Shown: positions 24,663-38,212, counted from the stretch's first letter. The stretch: 64,000 nt of DNA from Eledone cirrhosa (GCA_964016885.1 OZ024742.1:289354001-289418000), one strand, 5' to 3'. The notes: generated from the letters alone by a model not told the origin. Translations and numbers: made by a program.

Positions 24663-26935
24663 AGGTTAGTCGCAGACTGCACCAGGTTGCAGCTGGAGAA
24701 AGTGTCGCTGCAAGTGGCATCCCAGACAAGGGGTTTACCCCCGTGGAACAGGAAGATGGTTATACCGTCTGGCCTTTTGCCAGCCCCACCGGCTTGAGCT
24801 GGGAGGGGAAGCCTGCAGCATCCAAGCCATGCTTTATGACCTCGTTGAGGGCAGCATGGCGTGGAAGGCAGCCGGCATTGTGGCGACAGGAAAGCGGGTG
24901 GAGGCCGAAAGAGTCCTCGGTGGATCCACAGCGACATTTATGTGGCTCGCAGATCCAGAGTCCAAGCCTCAAGGAAACGCTGATGCACAGGCTATCGTTA
25001 CCCAGCTGCGTGCCAGTGGAGAAGGAGAGCATGGAGCCAGGCACCACTATGGGGTTTGTAGGCCACGCGAAAACAGGCAAGGTGGTGCTGGTCGAGCTGG
25101 CGCATGAGCCTGTCTAAGGCTAGGCTGCACTGGATGGCATCCCAAATACTTTAGGGAGACTTGATGTCAGCAGGGGGAGAAGGAGGAGGGACGTCTACTA
25201 GGCTAAGTCCCAACCTGTCCCCCATCTCACAGGCAGCCTCACGTTCCCTATCACAGAGGGTTCCATTATGTTTTGGAGAACCCTTGTGACGAGGTTGCGG
25301 CATGAGTTTACTGATGAAACGCCGGCAAAGCCAGCGAGATCGGGGACCAGAGGCCAAGGCCGCCATAACTGACAGGTAAAGTGGCCTGCTGCCATCCAAT
25401 GTCGTCAAATACAAATATCGAGGTCAGCAAGGAGAGATGCGTGGCTGTAGCCCAGAGCACTGCAAAGGGTGTAGAGGAGCTTCGGCATGGCGAAGCAGTT
25501 CCTCAGCAGAAAGAGAGCTGGGTGGCCGTCAATCAAGCCTAGTCGGCTCGTGAAGGTCTGGAATTGTTGGAGCCTGGACCTGCAGGTGGAGCGGATGGCC
25601 GGTGGGTGAATCTGTGACCCGAGGATGAGGACATCCTCTTTGGGGGTCACCTGTACCTGGTGGAGAATGGACCGCACATCCGAGACAGAGGCTGCAAAGC
25701 TCTCATCATCACGGCTGACATTCACCACCTCCAACTTGGATGAGTTGACCTGGAGGCCAATTGCCGCCAGGGCAGGAACCGCCGATTGAAGGTCATGGCA
25801 GACAGTCTCCACGGGCCCGCCTAGCGTAGCATCATCCAGGCACCAAATGTTGAGAGGGACCGTGATACTCTGGGCAATGTGGTCTATACCAAGGGCAAAC
25901 AGGAGGGGGCCCAAAGGGTCGCTCTGTTGGACCCCAGTAGCCGAAGGTATGACCGTATCAGCAGCAAGGAGCTTCCTCGGGGCTCTATATGACAAGTAGG
26001 CAGAGGGGGCTCGGCTGAGGCAGGCAACAAGCAGATGGTCCAAGCGTATGCAGTTAAAGGCATTCCTCATGTCAAACTTGACAATGAGGTGCCAGTTCCG
26101 GTGGGCAGTTGTTGAAGAACTGCCTGGTTGCATGTGCGGCCCCCTCACAGCCACCATACACGCTGACACCCAGTTGCACTGGACTGAACTCCTCACCCAC
26201 TTCAGGTGTTATGGACTTGCAGACCACCTTAGCAGCCAACCTCCAGAAGACATTGCCCATAGCGATGGGGCGTAGCTACCCTCTTTCTTCCTGAGAGCGC
26301 TCAAGCTAGCCGAAAAAAAGAGGCCTCGGGCGTGAGGATCCAGTGTGCCATGGATAAGCCTATTGGTGAGTGCCACAATTGCACTCAGAAGGCAGCGCCT
26401 GGCCTCAGCGGAGAGGGGGCATAGCAACTCCTTGTGGTGGCCAGGTAGACCATCAGCACCTCCACTGCTGCTAGCTGGGAAGGACATAATGTCAGCGTTG
26501 GAAGCCACAAGGAGTGGGTGGGGCTATGGGTCGGAGGTCAGCGGGTGGCTCAGGGTGCTTGAGTCGCAGGGCAGCCAGGACCTCCTCGGTGGGCTGAAGG
26601 ACAGTGTCCTCTGAAGCTACCACTTTTACTGTGGCCGAGACATCACCCATGATTAGTTTAGCATTTACGCGGTCACGCAAATGCTTGGTGCTGGTCTCAG
26701 GGGTGGAAGATAGGAGGCACCCGAGAGCAGGGGGTGTGACATCCTTTGGCACGCTTGGAATGGGCGCTTGCCCTAAGGACGAAAAATTGACCTTGACAAA
26801 GGCTGCTGTCGACAGGCCGCCTCAGTCAGCGCCAGAGCTGGGGAGGCCAAGTGCGAGTGGGGCGAAATAGAAGAGGCGCTCCCAGTCGCTGGCTCGATTG
26901 GAGTCCAGGGCACTCTCAATCGAGAGAGTTGGCTT
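24663..26935 (-). mobile_element. CRE-clade non-LTR retrotransposon fragment (RT + zinc knuckle + restriction-like endonuclease), GC-rich, frameshifted
   Basis: LRLKHP, GGADGL, RPIAMGNVFWRLAAK, QLGVSVYGGCE, KFDMRNAFN, GVQQSDPLGPLLF, LDDATLG, then CRCG...HPLSC...RHAALN and RPDG...LVWDATCSDT (PD..D RLE). Confidence 0.85.
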
Positions 26936-27197
26936 CCTCTTGTTAATGGTAGTGATAGTGATTGCTGGTATGATGTTGGTGTATACACATATATGTTGTT
27001 GTTATTGTCACTGCTGCTATCGTATCTTTCCTCTTGTTAATAGTAGTGGTAGTTGATACTGATACCTATTTTGGCTGCTGGGGCTCGAATGCCTTCTTTC
27101 ACTGAAGATGCAATGATGGACTACTGCTGTCTTCTATAAAGATATCCACTGAAAATATCACTTGCTTACAACAGACATTATTTACATTTAATGTCAG

Positions 27198-27378
27198 TGG
27201 ATTGGCAGTATCGGTAGAGGGTCGGACGCCATGCTTTCCAGCATAGTTACATCCCTTTACGATCTGAGTTCAAATCCCGCCGAGGTTGACTTTGCCTTTC
27301 ATCCTTACGGGGTCGATAAAATAAAGTACCAGTAATGAACTGGGTATTTGCTGGCCTTGTGCCTAAAGTAGAAACAAT
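27198..27378 (+). mobile_element. tRNA-derived SINE with long TSD
   Basis: TGGCAGTATCGG A box, GAGTTCAAATCC B box, and GCCTTTCATCCTTACGGGGTCGATAAAATAAAGTACCAG core. Flanked by the direct repeat ATTATTTACATTTAATGTCA (~27177 and ~27377). Confidence 0.85.
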
Positions 27379-29207
27379 TATTTACATTTAATGTCACTTT
27401 GAAATTTTCATGACTAAAACTTCTCTTGTAGTTGTCTTACTAAAAAGAGGGCATGTGAGGTGCTTCTCCCTGGCATGAAACCAAACTGTATCTCATTTAA
27501 TTTGACTCTTTCTCTAATTAGTTGTGTTAGAAGTCTTTCTGTCACTTTCATAACATAGTCCATTAAGTTAAGGTGTTTAGCTGTTACAACTGTGGGGAAG
27601 TGTTTAGCTGTGTATCACACCACTACAACTATGATTAAATGTTTAGCTGATCACCATTACAGTTGTGGCAAAGTGTTTAGTTGTACAGTACACCACCCAC
27701 GACAACTGTGGTGAGGTGTCCCACTGAAAAAAATCCACATGTTTTCAAACTTTAAAATCCAATCTATGCTGCCGTAACTCTTTCTATGATTAAAATCTTA
27801 TTAAGACAATTAGGCATATGGCCTTGGAAAACTTTAAAATGCCTGAGTTAATTTAGAATGATTTCCTGGTAAAGACAATGTGTTGATGGTCAATACTGCA
27901 GATCTTCCAGAGATAAAATATCAACATTTTATGTCAGTTTTCCATGCTGGCATAGGCTGGATGGCGTGTTACAGACCAAGATAAACGATGGTATGGTCAT
28001 GGCTGGAATATCTAATAGATTATAAGGCTGACTGGGTCATACAACAGCTATCTAAATTAATCAAGCTAGGAAGTCTGTTTGGTGTCACTTGTTAGAAATA
28101 ATAACTGAATTGACTTGTTGTGATGGACATGGAGGGATTAGATCTTCTGATAATATTAAGACTATATCACAGAGATGTGAGAGACAGCTATCACATCTGG
28201 TAAAGTTATGACTGTATTTATGATGTACCAAAGAGATGTGAGGGACAGGCATCACATCCTCTGACAATGTTATAACTGTATTTATGATGTATCACAGAAA
28301 TGGATTAGATCTGAGATGAATCAGTGTTACCTTTCATAGACTAGTGTTCTATCAAGGGAAATATTCATTTCACGTCTGCTAACCACATCTAAATGAAATG
28401 TAAACATTTTCCTTGTTTGGTTCACAGAAAACAACATCATGTTTAATTAAAAGACATAAAACACAGAAGACTAAAGTAAAATATTTAATTACAAAAAAGT
28501 ATAGAAAGCTACACAGTTAATGAAAATGAATTTCGTGTAAAATTTAATTGTAGAAATGTTGGACGGAATCATTTTCTCTTAACTCTTAAAATCCTGTAAT
28601 AATTTATCAGAAAATATCTAAAAACAGATTGTTAATTCAAATGTGTATAGTATCTTTATTAGTGGACATCATTCTGAACATTTGCAGTATTATTTCTTAA
28701 TATCCTATAATGATTTAGCAGAAAATATCTAAAAAATTGATTTGTTAATTTAAAGGTTTATAGTATCTTCCCTAGTTGGTAGATTGTTGAGAAAATTTTC
28801 AGTATTAGAGTAAAAACTTTACTATTTATTTAATGTGATACAGGATGTTAAAAATTAAGAGTACCAGAGGAAAAATGTATTTGATACTCACACAATATTG
28901 TAAATAAATTATTTCATCATTAATATTGATTAAACCATTCTTTGTTGAATGTTAACATTTAAATAATAGGACGGAGTAAAAATATCAGAAAACACAGAAT
29001 TGCAATAAAGCGAAGCAACAGTTTCAAATGAATATGTATGTATGTATGTATATATATACATGTGTATGTGTGTGTGTATTATATATATATATATATATAT
29101 ATATCTCATCATCATCATCATCGTTTAACGTCCATCTTCCACGCTTGCATGGGTTTGGAGTATTATTATATATATATCAATATATATATATATATATATA
29201 TATATAT

Positions 29208-29372
29208 CAAGAAAATGGACAAGATCACAAGGACGTCGAAGGACAAGATGGTGAGTGACCTCACCAACCATCTGGGACCCTCATGGCCAAGACTGGCAAG
29301 GGACAGAATTCGGTGGAAGGAGTTCAGGGAGGGGTTCCTCCTCCGTGAGTGATTTCAAGACCCTGGATCAAG
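29208..29372 (+). mobile_element. Short 3' fragment of a second RTE-type LINE family
   Basis: Frameshifted RSxGRxRTRW...[31 protein letters not shown], flanked by (TA)n. Confidence 0.55.
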
Positions 29373-29404
29373 ATATATATGTACATCTGTTTGTCATTTC
29401 CTTG

Positions 29405-29406
<2 letters not shown>

Positions 29407-29443
<37 letters not shown>

Positions 29444-29444
29444 C

Positions 29445-29507
<63 letters not shown>

Positions 29508-29564
29508 CATACATACATACATATATATATATATATACATACATACATACATATATATATATAT

Positions 29565-29595
<31 letters not shown>

Positions 29596-29596
29596 C

Positions 29597-29629
<33 letters not shown>

Positions 29630-29630
29630 C

Positions 29631-29699
<69 letters not shown>

Positions 29700-29718
29700 C
29701 ATACATACATATATATAT

Positions 29719-29752
<34 letters not shown>
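29407..29752. repeat. Compound (TA)n/(TACA)n microsatellite array
   Basis: Directly visible; source of the YIYI ORFs. Confidence 0.95.
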
Positions 29753-29755
<3 letters not shown>

Positions 29756-30051
29756 AAGAAAAAGGGATGAAATCGAAAATGCAACTGAAGTCTTATTTTT
29801 TTAAAAAATATATATATTTATTTGGTTCCTTTACCGGTTTCGCAGTTCTTCTGCTTTTCAAAAGTAGAGTTGAGATGGAGGGTCTGTGGTTTTTCTCACA
29901 TCTGTGAGAAAAACCACAGACTCTCCATCTCAACTCACCTTTTAAAAAGCAGAAGAACTGCGAAACCGGTAAAGGAACCAAATAAATATATATATTTTTA
30001 AAAAAAATAAGACTTCAGTTGCATTTTCGATTTCATCCCTTTTTCTTTATA
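29752..30051. repeat. ~300-bp near-perfect palindrome (149-bp arms, 2-nt spacer) of a Penelope-type pLTR with eroded hammerhead
   Basis: Centre CTCACA-TC-TGTGAG at 29895-29908. Each arm carries GCAG-AAGAA-CTGC-GAAA-CCGGTA-AAGG. Confidence 0.9.
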
Positions 30052-30106
30052 CTTCCACTCGTGTAGGACACCTCGGTTATTTTTCATTTTGTAAAAAAAA
30101 CCTCAC

Positions 30107-30149
<43 letters not shown>

Positions 30150-30184
30150 TATATATATACACACACATATATATATATATATAT

Positions 30185-30231
<47 letters not shown>

Positions 30232-31722
30232 TATATATACACACATATATATATATATATATACACACATACATACATATATGTGTGTGTGTGTGTACTG
30301 TAGTTTGATGAATATCCACAGATGGGAGAGTTGTGGTATATAGATATTTACTACACTAACTATGATGCCATTTAGGTACCATTCTTTCTGTGGCTTTCTA
30401 TTTCAGATGGCTGTGTAAATAAGGTGTAAACTTCACAGGTTCAGTCCCACTGTGAGGCAAGTGTCTTCTACTATAGCCTTCGGTTGATCAATGCCTTGTC
30501 AATGAAATTTGGTAGACAAAAATCACAGAAGTGTGTGTGTGTATGTGAGTATGTATGTGTGAGTGAGTGTGTATGTGTGAGTGAGTGTGTGTGTGTGAGA
30601 GAGAGAGAGAGAGAATGTGTGAGTGTGTGTTTATATCCTAAAACTGAGCGGCTCAACAAAAAGATAGCGAGGTACATTCATAAAGTACACATTTGTAAAA
30701 AATGAAATAAGTACTTGGGTCGATAAGATCAACTAGAAACCCTTCGTGGTGATGCTCCACCTAGGACACAGTAAAAGAATATGATAGCTTTTGTTGGCAC
30801 AATTGATAATGATATACCTTGGAGTTAAGAGATAGCAATTCCACTGTTCTAACTGGAATAATTAAAATATTGAACACATCCTGAAGTCAATATATCTAAT
30901 GAAATACATTCAATTAATTAATGAAGAATTTTGAGAAATTTAGCTAAAATTATTTATTTCATTACTAAGATAGTAACATAATATATGCTTCTTATATAAA
31001 ATTATGTTGGAAGGTTTTAAATTAAATACAACCCCTTTAAAATAGGGGATTTACTTTCATAGAATCAGAGCCGATTTTGGCCAGGTTGATATCAAAGGGT
31101 TAAATCAGGTTAATAGCAGATAAATTGAAGAACTAGCTATTAATTGGTTTAGTAAAATTTAAAAAAATAATTAATATTTTTCATCACTCCTGACATATGA
31201 TATGAAAATAGATATCTATAGAATACAGTGCAAATGGAGAATTCTAGTTTCGAAATTCGAAAAATTGGATATACTTAGCCATAGTGCTAAGTGAGATAAC
31301 CTTTACTGCTATTTTCACAATATATCACACTAGATTATACTACAGTAGAATATATAAATATATATATATCATCATCATCATTATTAGCGTCAATTCTTCA
31401 ATGCTTGCATTGGTTAGATGGGTCGAACATGCCGAGAGGCAAGTCTGGCCATGGTTGGCAATGTCACACCATGCTTCGGCAAGGACTATAAATTTGGCCA
31501 GGTATTTTACAGCTGGATGCCCTTCCTAACACCAACCACATTTACATTGCTACTGCAACTTCAATTATACTCATTACTATTATATATATATAAATAGATA
31601 GACAATATATATAAACTATAGTATATATAGCACTAGAAAATATATTGTACTTTAGTATATTTTTTTCACAGAACAATATACCAAACTATACTATATCTTT
31701 ACAATATATGCCACACTATAGC

Positions 31723-32231
31723 ATTAGGTTGAGGAAAAAGTTTGTGCGGCGTGTTAAAATAACGGTCGCGCCATCAACGCTGAACTTTACTGCGAGCAAC
31801 TTGATCAAGTTTACGATGCGCTGGTTGAAAAGTACCCAAGTCTTGTTCGTCGAAAACGCGCTTTGTTTCAACAAGGCAATGCAAAGCCGCATACCGCCAG
31901 AAAGACCAGCAACAAAATTGAAGAATTGGACGGTGTGGAAGTTCTGCCGCATCCACCCTATAGTCCAGACGTTGCTCCATCTGACTACGGTCTCTTCTGA
32001 TCAATGCAGCACTTTATGAAATGTCGCCAATTTGAGTCATTCGATGAAGTTGAAGAAGCCTGTCAAGAATTTTTCGATTCAAAGCCGAAGGATTGGTACC
32101 TTGACCAAATCCGAAAGCTTGAGGACAATGATGGTCTTTATTTTGAAGAATAGTTGTTGTTGTTTGAATAAATTCTTGCATAAAAAAATCATTATTTTAA
32201 CATGGTGCACAATCTTTTTCCTCAACCTAGT
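31723..32231 (+). mobile_element. Internally deleted mariner transposon
   Basis: TIRs TTAGGTTGAGGAAAAAGTTTGTGC / GCACAATCTTTTTCCTCAACCTAG. The internal frame encodes QQGNAKPHTA...LPHPPYSPDVAPSDYGLF*, the mariner transposase C-terminus. Confidence 0.9.
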
Positions 32232-33614
32232 ATATCCACGAAATATACCACACTAGAGTTCTCTTGCAATGATTCTGAATTTCAACAACATTAATTTTCT
32301 TGGGGAGGAGAAAGTACGATTATATTAAACTCAGTACTTCACTGGTACTTTGGCAGTTTACTCCTGTCCATTGCTATATTTATGACAATAATTATTTTAC
32401 TTTAGGGTTTGAGTTAATGTTAGGGAAGAGTGGTGGATTGACAGAATCATTAAAGCATTGGACAAAAAAGTCTCGTAGCACTTAGTTATGGCCCTTTATG
32501 TCACAAATTTAAATTCCATTAAGTCCAACTATGCCTTTCACTATTCAAGATCGATGAAATAAAGTACCAGTCACATATTAGGGTTGTAATCGACTTACCC
32601 CCTCCTCACAAATGGTTGGTCCTGTGCCTAAATTAGAAATCATAATTCATTTTATAGAAAATAAGTAAGACAACTCTGACATTCTCCTTATTGCTATCCC
32701 TTTGTCAAGCATTAATTTTCAGCACATCTCTCTTGCTATACTCCAGGGTAATATAAGGCAACATCCACCTACAGTTTTGAACGTGGAGAAGCAGAAAGAA
32801 TGAATAAAAGAACGCGACAACCTTTCATTAACTAGATTTAGCTGTTACCATTGGCCACTACATACAATACAATACATTGGTTAAAAAAATATATTATTCT
32901 ACTTTATAAAATAATAATAATTTTACATCTGCTTTTCATGCCAGAATGGGTTGGACTGAGAATAAGGGAAATAACTCTGACATTCTCCTTGGTGTCTCTT
33001 TGAAAATTATTAATTTACATTATAAAGAATAAAGAAGACAACTGATAATCTATCAATTGCTGCCTCTACTAATAGTTATTAGCCAAGTTACTGTAGAAGA
33101 GGCATAAATCTCAACTTCATATTTGCAGAATCTAATATTTAATTAAAAAAACTGAGATCCCTTAAGAAATTATGTAGAAATATTTTAGGGCTATTTAAAT
33201 ATTAACATTTTCTAAATCTTTCCAGAAAAATTTGATGTTTCGAAGATCTATAAAACCTGATTATTTCTTAACTGAAAACGTGTCAACAGTGGAAATATAT
33301 TAGCAATAAAAATATCACACAGACACACACTAACTTACAAACACACACATATATATATATATTCTCAATGAGAGGAGTTTCTGTTGGCACATTAACTTAA
33401 TAACAACATGGACAATTATTGTTGCTGCTGCTACTATTGAGGTTGTTACTGCTGCTGTTCTTGCTACTGTTGTTGTTGTTCTTACTGTTACAGTTCATGT
33501 TATTGTTACTGTTGTTGTTGTTGTTGTAAGTCAAAATCTTCCAAGTTCAATCCTGCCAGAACATGATGACCTCCTGATTTATGGAGATATACATCTAAAT
33601 AAAGGTTTAGTAGC

Positions 33615-33945
33615 ATAACTATCCTTGTTATTATGTGTTATGTGGTGTAATGTAGGTTTTACTGAGATAAACTGGTATATAGCAGTGTTGTCCTTGTTAT
33701 CATGTGTCTATAGTAATGTGGGGTAATGCAGTAGGTTTTACTGGGATAAACAGGTAAATAGCAGTGTTGCCCTTGTTATTATGTGTCTATAGTAATGTGG
33801 TGTAGTGTAGGTTTTATTTTATTGGGATAAACTGGAAAATAGCAGTGTTGTCCTTGTTATCATGTGTCTATAATAATGTGGGGTAATGCAGTAGGTTTTA
33901 CTGGGATAAACTGTTAAATTGCAGTGTTGTCCTTGTTATGTGCCT
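33615..33945. repeat. ~75-80 bp tandem repeat in the presumed 3' UTR of the ANKRD26-like gene
   Basis: Repeated GTAGGTTTTACTGGGATAAACTGG..ATAGCAGTGTTGTCCTTGTTAT units, about 4 copies. Confidence 0.85.
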
Positions 33946-34062
33946 GTGGGTTGCACACCAGGGTTATACTGGATCAATACCTATAAACTGTCAAAGAGTG
34001 ACACTGTCTTTCTCCTCAGATGTATGTAGGAAAGCAGGGTTATACTGGTTATAGTGGACACT

Positions 34063-34163
34063 TTATAAACAATATTTCTGTTTCATGAACGTCAGATACT
34101 CTGCTTTTGATTGAGACAAAGTATTATTTAACTCTATCAGTCCTAAAGGCTTACTGGGCTGAC
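34063..34163 (-). CDS. ANKRD26: ANKRD26-like protein, last coding exon; (G)QPSKPLGLIELNNTLSQSKAEYLTFMKQKYCL*
   Basis: Acceptor TTTTATATTTTAG, phase 1 matching the exon at 38554. The ending EYLTFMKQKYCL* resembles the ANKRD26-family terminal EY+..LKKNYMI*. Confidence 0.75.
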
Positions 34164-34260
34164 CTAAAATATAAAACAACATTATTACAATAATTATACA
34201 TTATTTCAATTTAAAATAAATAAATTGTCCTTTTATTTGAACATCTTGTACATATAAGCA

Positions 34261-34510
34261 TAAATTACATAATGAATATAGTTCATATATAAAAACACAA
34301 TTTATAAAATGAATATGGTTTATATATATAAACACAATTTATATAATATAGTTTACATATATAAACACAAGTTACATAATGAATATGATTTATATATCTA
34401 AACACAATTTATATAATGAATATAGTTTATATATATAAACACAATTTTATAATGAATATAGTTTATATATATAAACACAATTTTATAATGAATATAGTTT
34501 ATATATATAA
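34261..34510. repeat. ~36-bp AT-rich intronic minisatellite, continued at 38214-38280 beyond the RTE insertion
   Basis: AAACACAATTTTATAATGAATATAGTTTATATATAT units on both sides of the RTE. Confidence 0.85.
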
Positions 34511-37500
34511 AACCTTCTCGTATTTAAACACTGATTACTGTTATACGTTCGTTTGTAGGTTTAGATTAAAAAAAAAAATAACCTTCTAGTTATAACTTTT
34601 TCGGGAACATTCTTCCTTCTTCTGCTCCTCTACTCTGTCCCCAAATGCATTGTTTATAAGTCTACAAGCCCCATCACAGCCTCCCTTTCTCTCTCTTAGC
34701 AAGTATAAAATGAACCTGTCAGGGGTCAAAAATTTCAGAATTCTGTGAATCTTCATCCCTGCCGAAGGGACGTTTCAGAAATGTAATGTATTTCACGCCA
34801 TTTTCTTGTCTCTCCATTTACTTAGAATCCAATCTTTCAATTTTATTCGATAATTCTGTCAGACCTTCAAAAACAATCTTCTCGTATTTAAACACTGATT
34901 ACTGTTATACGTTCGTTTGTAGGTTTAGATTAAAAAAAAATATCCTTCTCGTTAACTTCCCCATATTCCCCCCCCCCCCCCCCCCCCACTCGCCACCATT
35001 ATTAGATGGTCCAATCATAATTCAGTGGCTTATACGTTTCTCTTATCAATCTCTTACACAAAACCACCGCCTCGGCTATTCACTCCTTAAGTTTAAACCT
35101 GGTTTCCTTTGATATCTTAGAGGGACTGTGGGATTCTGGAGAGTACGAAGAATCTGGACACTCAAATGACAATGTCAAAGATAAAGATAAATTCACCTCA
35201 TGTGGCCGGACGAAAATGCAAGGATTCCTCTTTATTTCAGACGCGGATGGCAAACATAACCCCGTCTCCGTCACCCCTCTCTACACCTCCAACACATCCC
35301 TTCCACCCACCAAACGAAATCCAAAACTTCAGAGTTGGTACCATGAATGTAGGCACTTTGAAAGGTCGCTCTAACGAGGTTGTAGAGATGCTTGAACGTA
35401 AGGAAGTTGATGCTTGTTGCGTCCAAGAGACTAGGTGGAGGGGTGGGTCTGCTAGATTCATTGTGGGTAAAAAACGATGCTATAAACTTTTCTGGGTGGG
35501 AAATGAAAATGAGCTGGGTGGAGTAGGAATTATGTTAGCAGAAAAATGAGTAGATAAGGTAATTGCCGTAAATAGAGTGAATGACAGAATAATTAAAATA
35601 AGACTTGTCCTAAATAGAACTACTGTGTCAATAATATCCGCTTATGCTCCCCAATCTGGACTGCCTGGCGTTATAAAAGACAGATTCTATGAGACATTGA
35701 TGCTCACTACCTCCCAAATAACCGACAGTGACTACATAATTATTGCTGGCGACCTAAATGGTCATGTTGGACAACATTGTGACGGCTATGACAGAATCCA
35801 TGGCGGCTATGGGTTTGGTACCAGAAATGAGGAAGGCTTCAGAATCATGGAATTGTGACGCAAATAACCTAACTATCTATACCACAAACTTAAAAAAATG
35901 AGACAATCACTTGATCTCCTATAGATCAGGGGAACACACCAGTCTATAATGATATAGATTATATTATTACCAGAAGACGTGACAAAGTGTCTGTTGTAAA
36001 CACTAAATCCCTCCCCGCGAAGAATGCACCTTCCAACATAGCCTCATAGTTAGTGACCTCATAGTCAGGACGAGACGAACTCGACAACAGAGGAGGACTA
36101 CCCTGAGAAGAAGAATATGGAAGTTAAAGGACCCCACAGCCAGTAACAAATTTAAAAGCATGCTACTTGATGCTTTTGACAGTAAGGAAGAGCAATTAGA
36201 GACGTACAGTACAGAGGAACAGTGGGAATTCCTGAAAGTTAACCTACTGAAGGCGACAGATGAAATCTGTGGCTGGAGCAGACCTATAGGCAGACCCATC
36301 TGGATCGATGGGACACACTATGGTCACCCGGATAGTAAAACAAGTCATACAGAATGGGGTCATACCAAATGACTGGCGTAGCAGCATCATCATTAACTGC
36401 TACAAGGGTAAAGGAGATGCCCTAGATAGGGGAAACTATAGAGGCATTAAATTAATTGACCAGGTTATGAAGGCCACAGAAAAAGTTATAGCGCAACTAA
36501 TCAGAGAGCGAATTGATCTAGATGAAATGCAGTTTGGGTTTGTGTCAGGTAAAAGTACCACAGACGCTCTTTTCATTGTACAAAACAGGAGAAGTACCTA
36601 GCTAAAAGTAAACCCCTCTACTTAGCTTTTGTTGACTTGGAGAAAGCCTTTGACAGAGTGCCCCGCTCCATTATCTTAGAAAACTAGGTGTTGATGAATG
36701 GCTCGTGAGAGCTATACAAGCCATGTATAAAGAAACAGTCAGCAGGTTAGAATTAACAACGAATATAGTGAAGAATTTAGCGTAAAAGCTGGTGTCCATC
36801 AGGGCTCTGTCCTTAGGCCCCTCCTATTTATTATTGCCCTTCAGGCTATAACAGAGGAGTTCAAGACCGGCTGCCCATGGGAACTTCTATACACAGATGA
36901 TCTAACGCTCATAGCTGAATCAATGGCTGAACTAGAGAAGAAATTCCAAACTTGGAAGCATGGCCTAGAATCAAAAGGCCTTAAAATTAACTTGTCTAAG
37001 ACTAAAGTTCTAGTATGTAGGAAGGAAAATAGGGCACTGGTCACCTCTGGGAAATGGCCATGTTCAGTGTGTAGGAAAGGAGTAGGCAGAAACTCCATTT
37101 TATGTCCCAAATGCAAAGTATTGGTGCATAAAAGATGTAGTGGGATCACACGTAAGCTAACTAAGAACATAGATTTTATATGTGGCCGGTGCTCAGGTGC
37201 AATAAGTAGTAGCAAGTGCCCACAGGATACTAGCTCCTTCTATTGCCCAGATGGTTCTATAGAAATAGTGGACACCTTCCATTACCTGGGTGACAAAATC
37301 AGCAGTGGTGGAGGGTGCTCTGAAAGTACAGTAGCTAGAGTCAGAACGGGATGGAAAAAGTTCAGAGAGCTTATACCACTATTGGCCGCTAAAGGTTTCA
37401 CTCTAAAAATGAAAGGCAGACTGTATGATGCCTGCATACGAACAGTAATGTTACATGACAGTGAGACATGGGCATTGTGTGCAGAGGATCTGCGCAGACT

Positions 37501-38212
37501 GGAGAGGAACGAAGCTTGCATGCTCCGTTGGATGTGTAATAGTAATATATGTGAACGGCAAAGCATAAATGAACTAAGTGAGAAATTAGGAATAAGAGGG
37601 ATCAGATGCTGTTTACTCGAGAGAAGACTACGTTGGTATGGTCACGTGATGCGCATGAAAGACGACAGCTGTATAAAAAAGTGCAGGGCGATCAAAATAG
37701 ATGGAAGCTACGGAGTAGACAGACCCAGAAAACCTGGGACGATTTGATAAATTCCGACCTTACACACTTACACCTCTCCAAGACAATGTCACTGGACCGA
37801 GACCTTTGGCACTACGCAATAATACAGAAGAGCCACCTTGCCTAAGTACAAAGCGAAACCTAGTCAGTAGGCACCTCCTAACCAAAAATACACCCCCATC
37901 CACTACCCCTACCCCTACCTCTGTAAAGTTATGTTGGTACCACAACATCCAGTCCTAAATAAATGAGGTTATGTAGGTGTCACAACAAAAAAACACACAG
38001 TCCACGCTGTAATATGGCCGTGTAGCTAACACGGTAAAAACCTCCCAGTCCACACTGTAAACGTGGTTGGTGTTAGGAAGGGCATCCAGCCATAGAAAAC
38101 CTGCCAGACAGTCCTATATGAGCAAGACAACCAATCTTGCCTCACATGGGACAATTCCCATCTAAACCCATGCTAGCGTGGAAGATAGATGTTAAACGAT
38201 GATGATGATGGT
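34511..38212 (+). mobile_element. Near full-length decayed RTE LINE (same family as 47391-51337) with internal deletion
   Basis: EN (GTMNVGTL, VQETRW, YAPQSG, GDLNGHVG) and RT/PHD fragments in ORFs 35166-37747, with several stops and frameshifts. The EN-RT linker is deleted at ~36300. (GAT)n tail at 38198-38210. Confidence 0.92.

Noticed and set aside
27198-27290. Possible tRNA genes at A/B-box motifs (also 1025, 38643, 42700)
   Set aside because: No cloverleaf; followed by SINE bodies and flanked by TSDs.
29255-30319. YIYI/MYVC ORFs, and similar ORFs at 1725-2080, 4381-4767 and 41712-42134
   Set aside because: Microsatellite translations.
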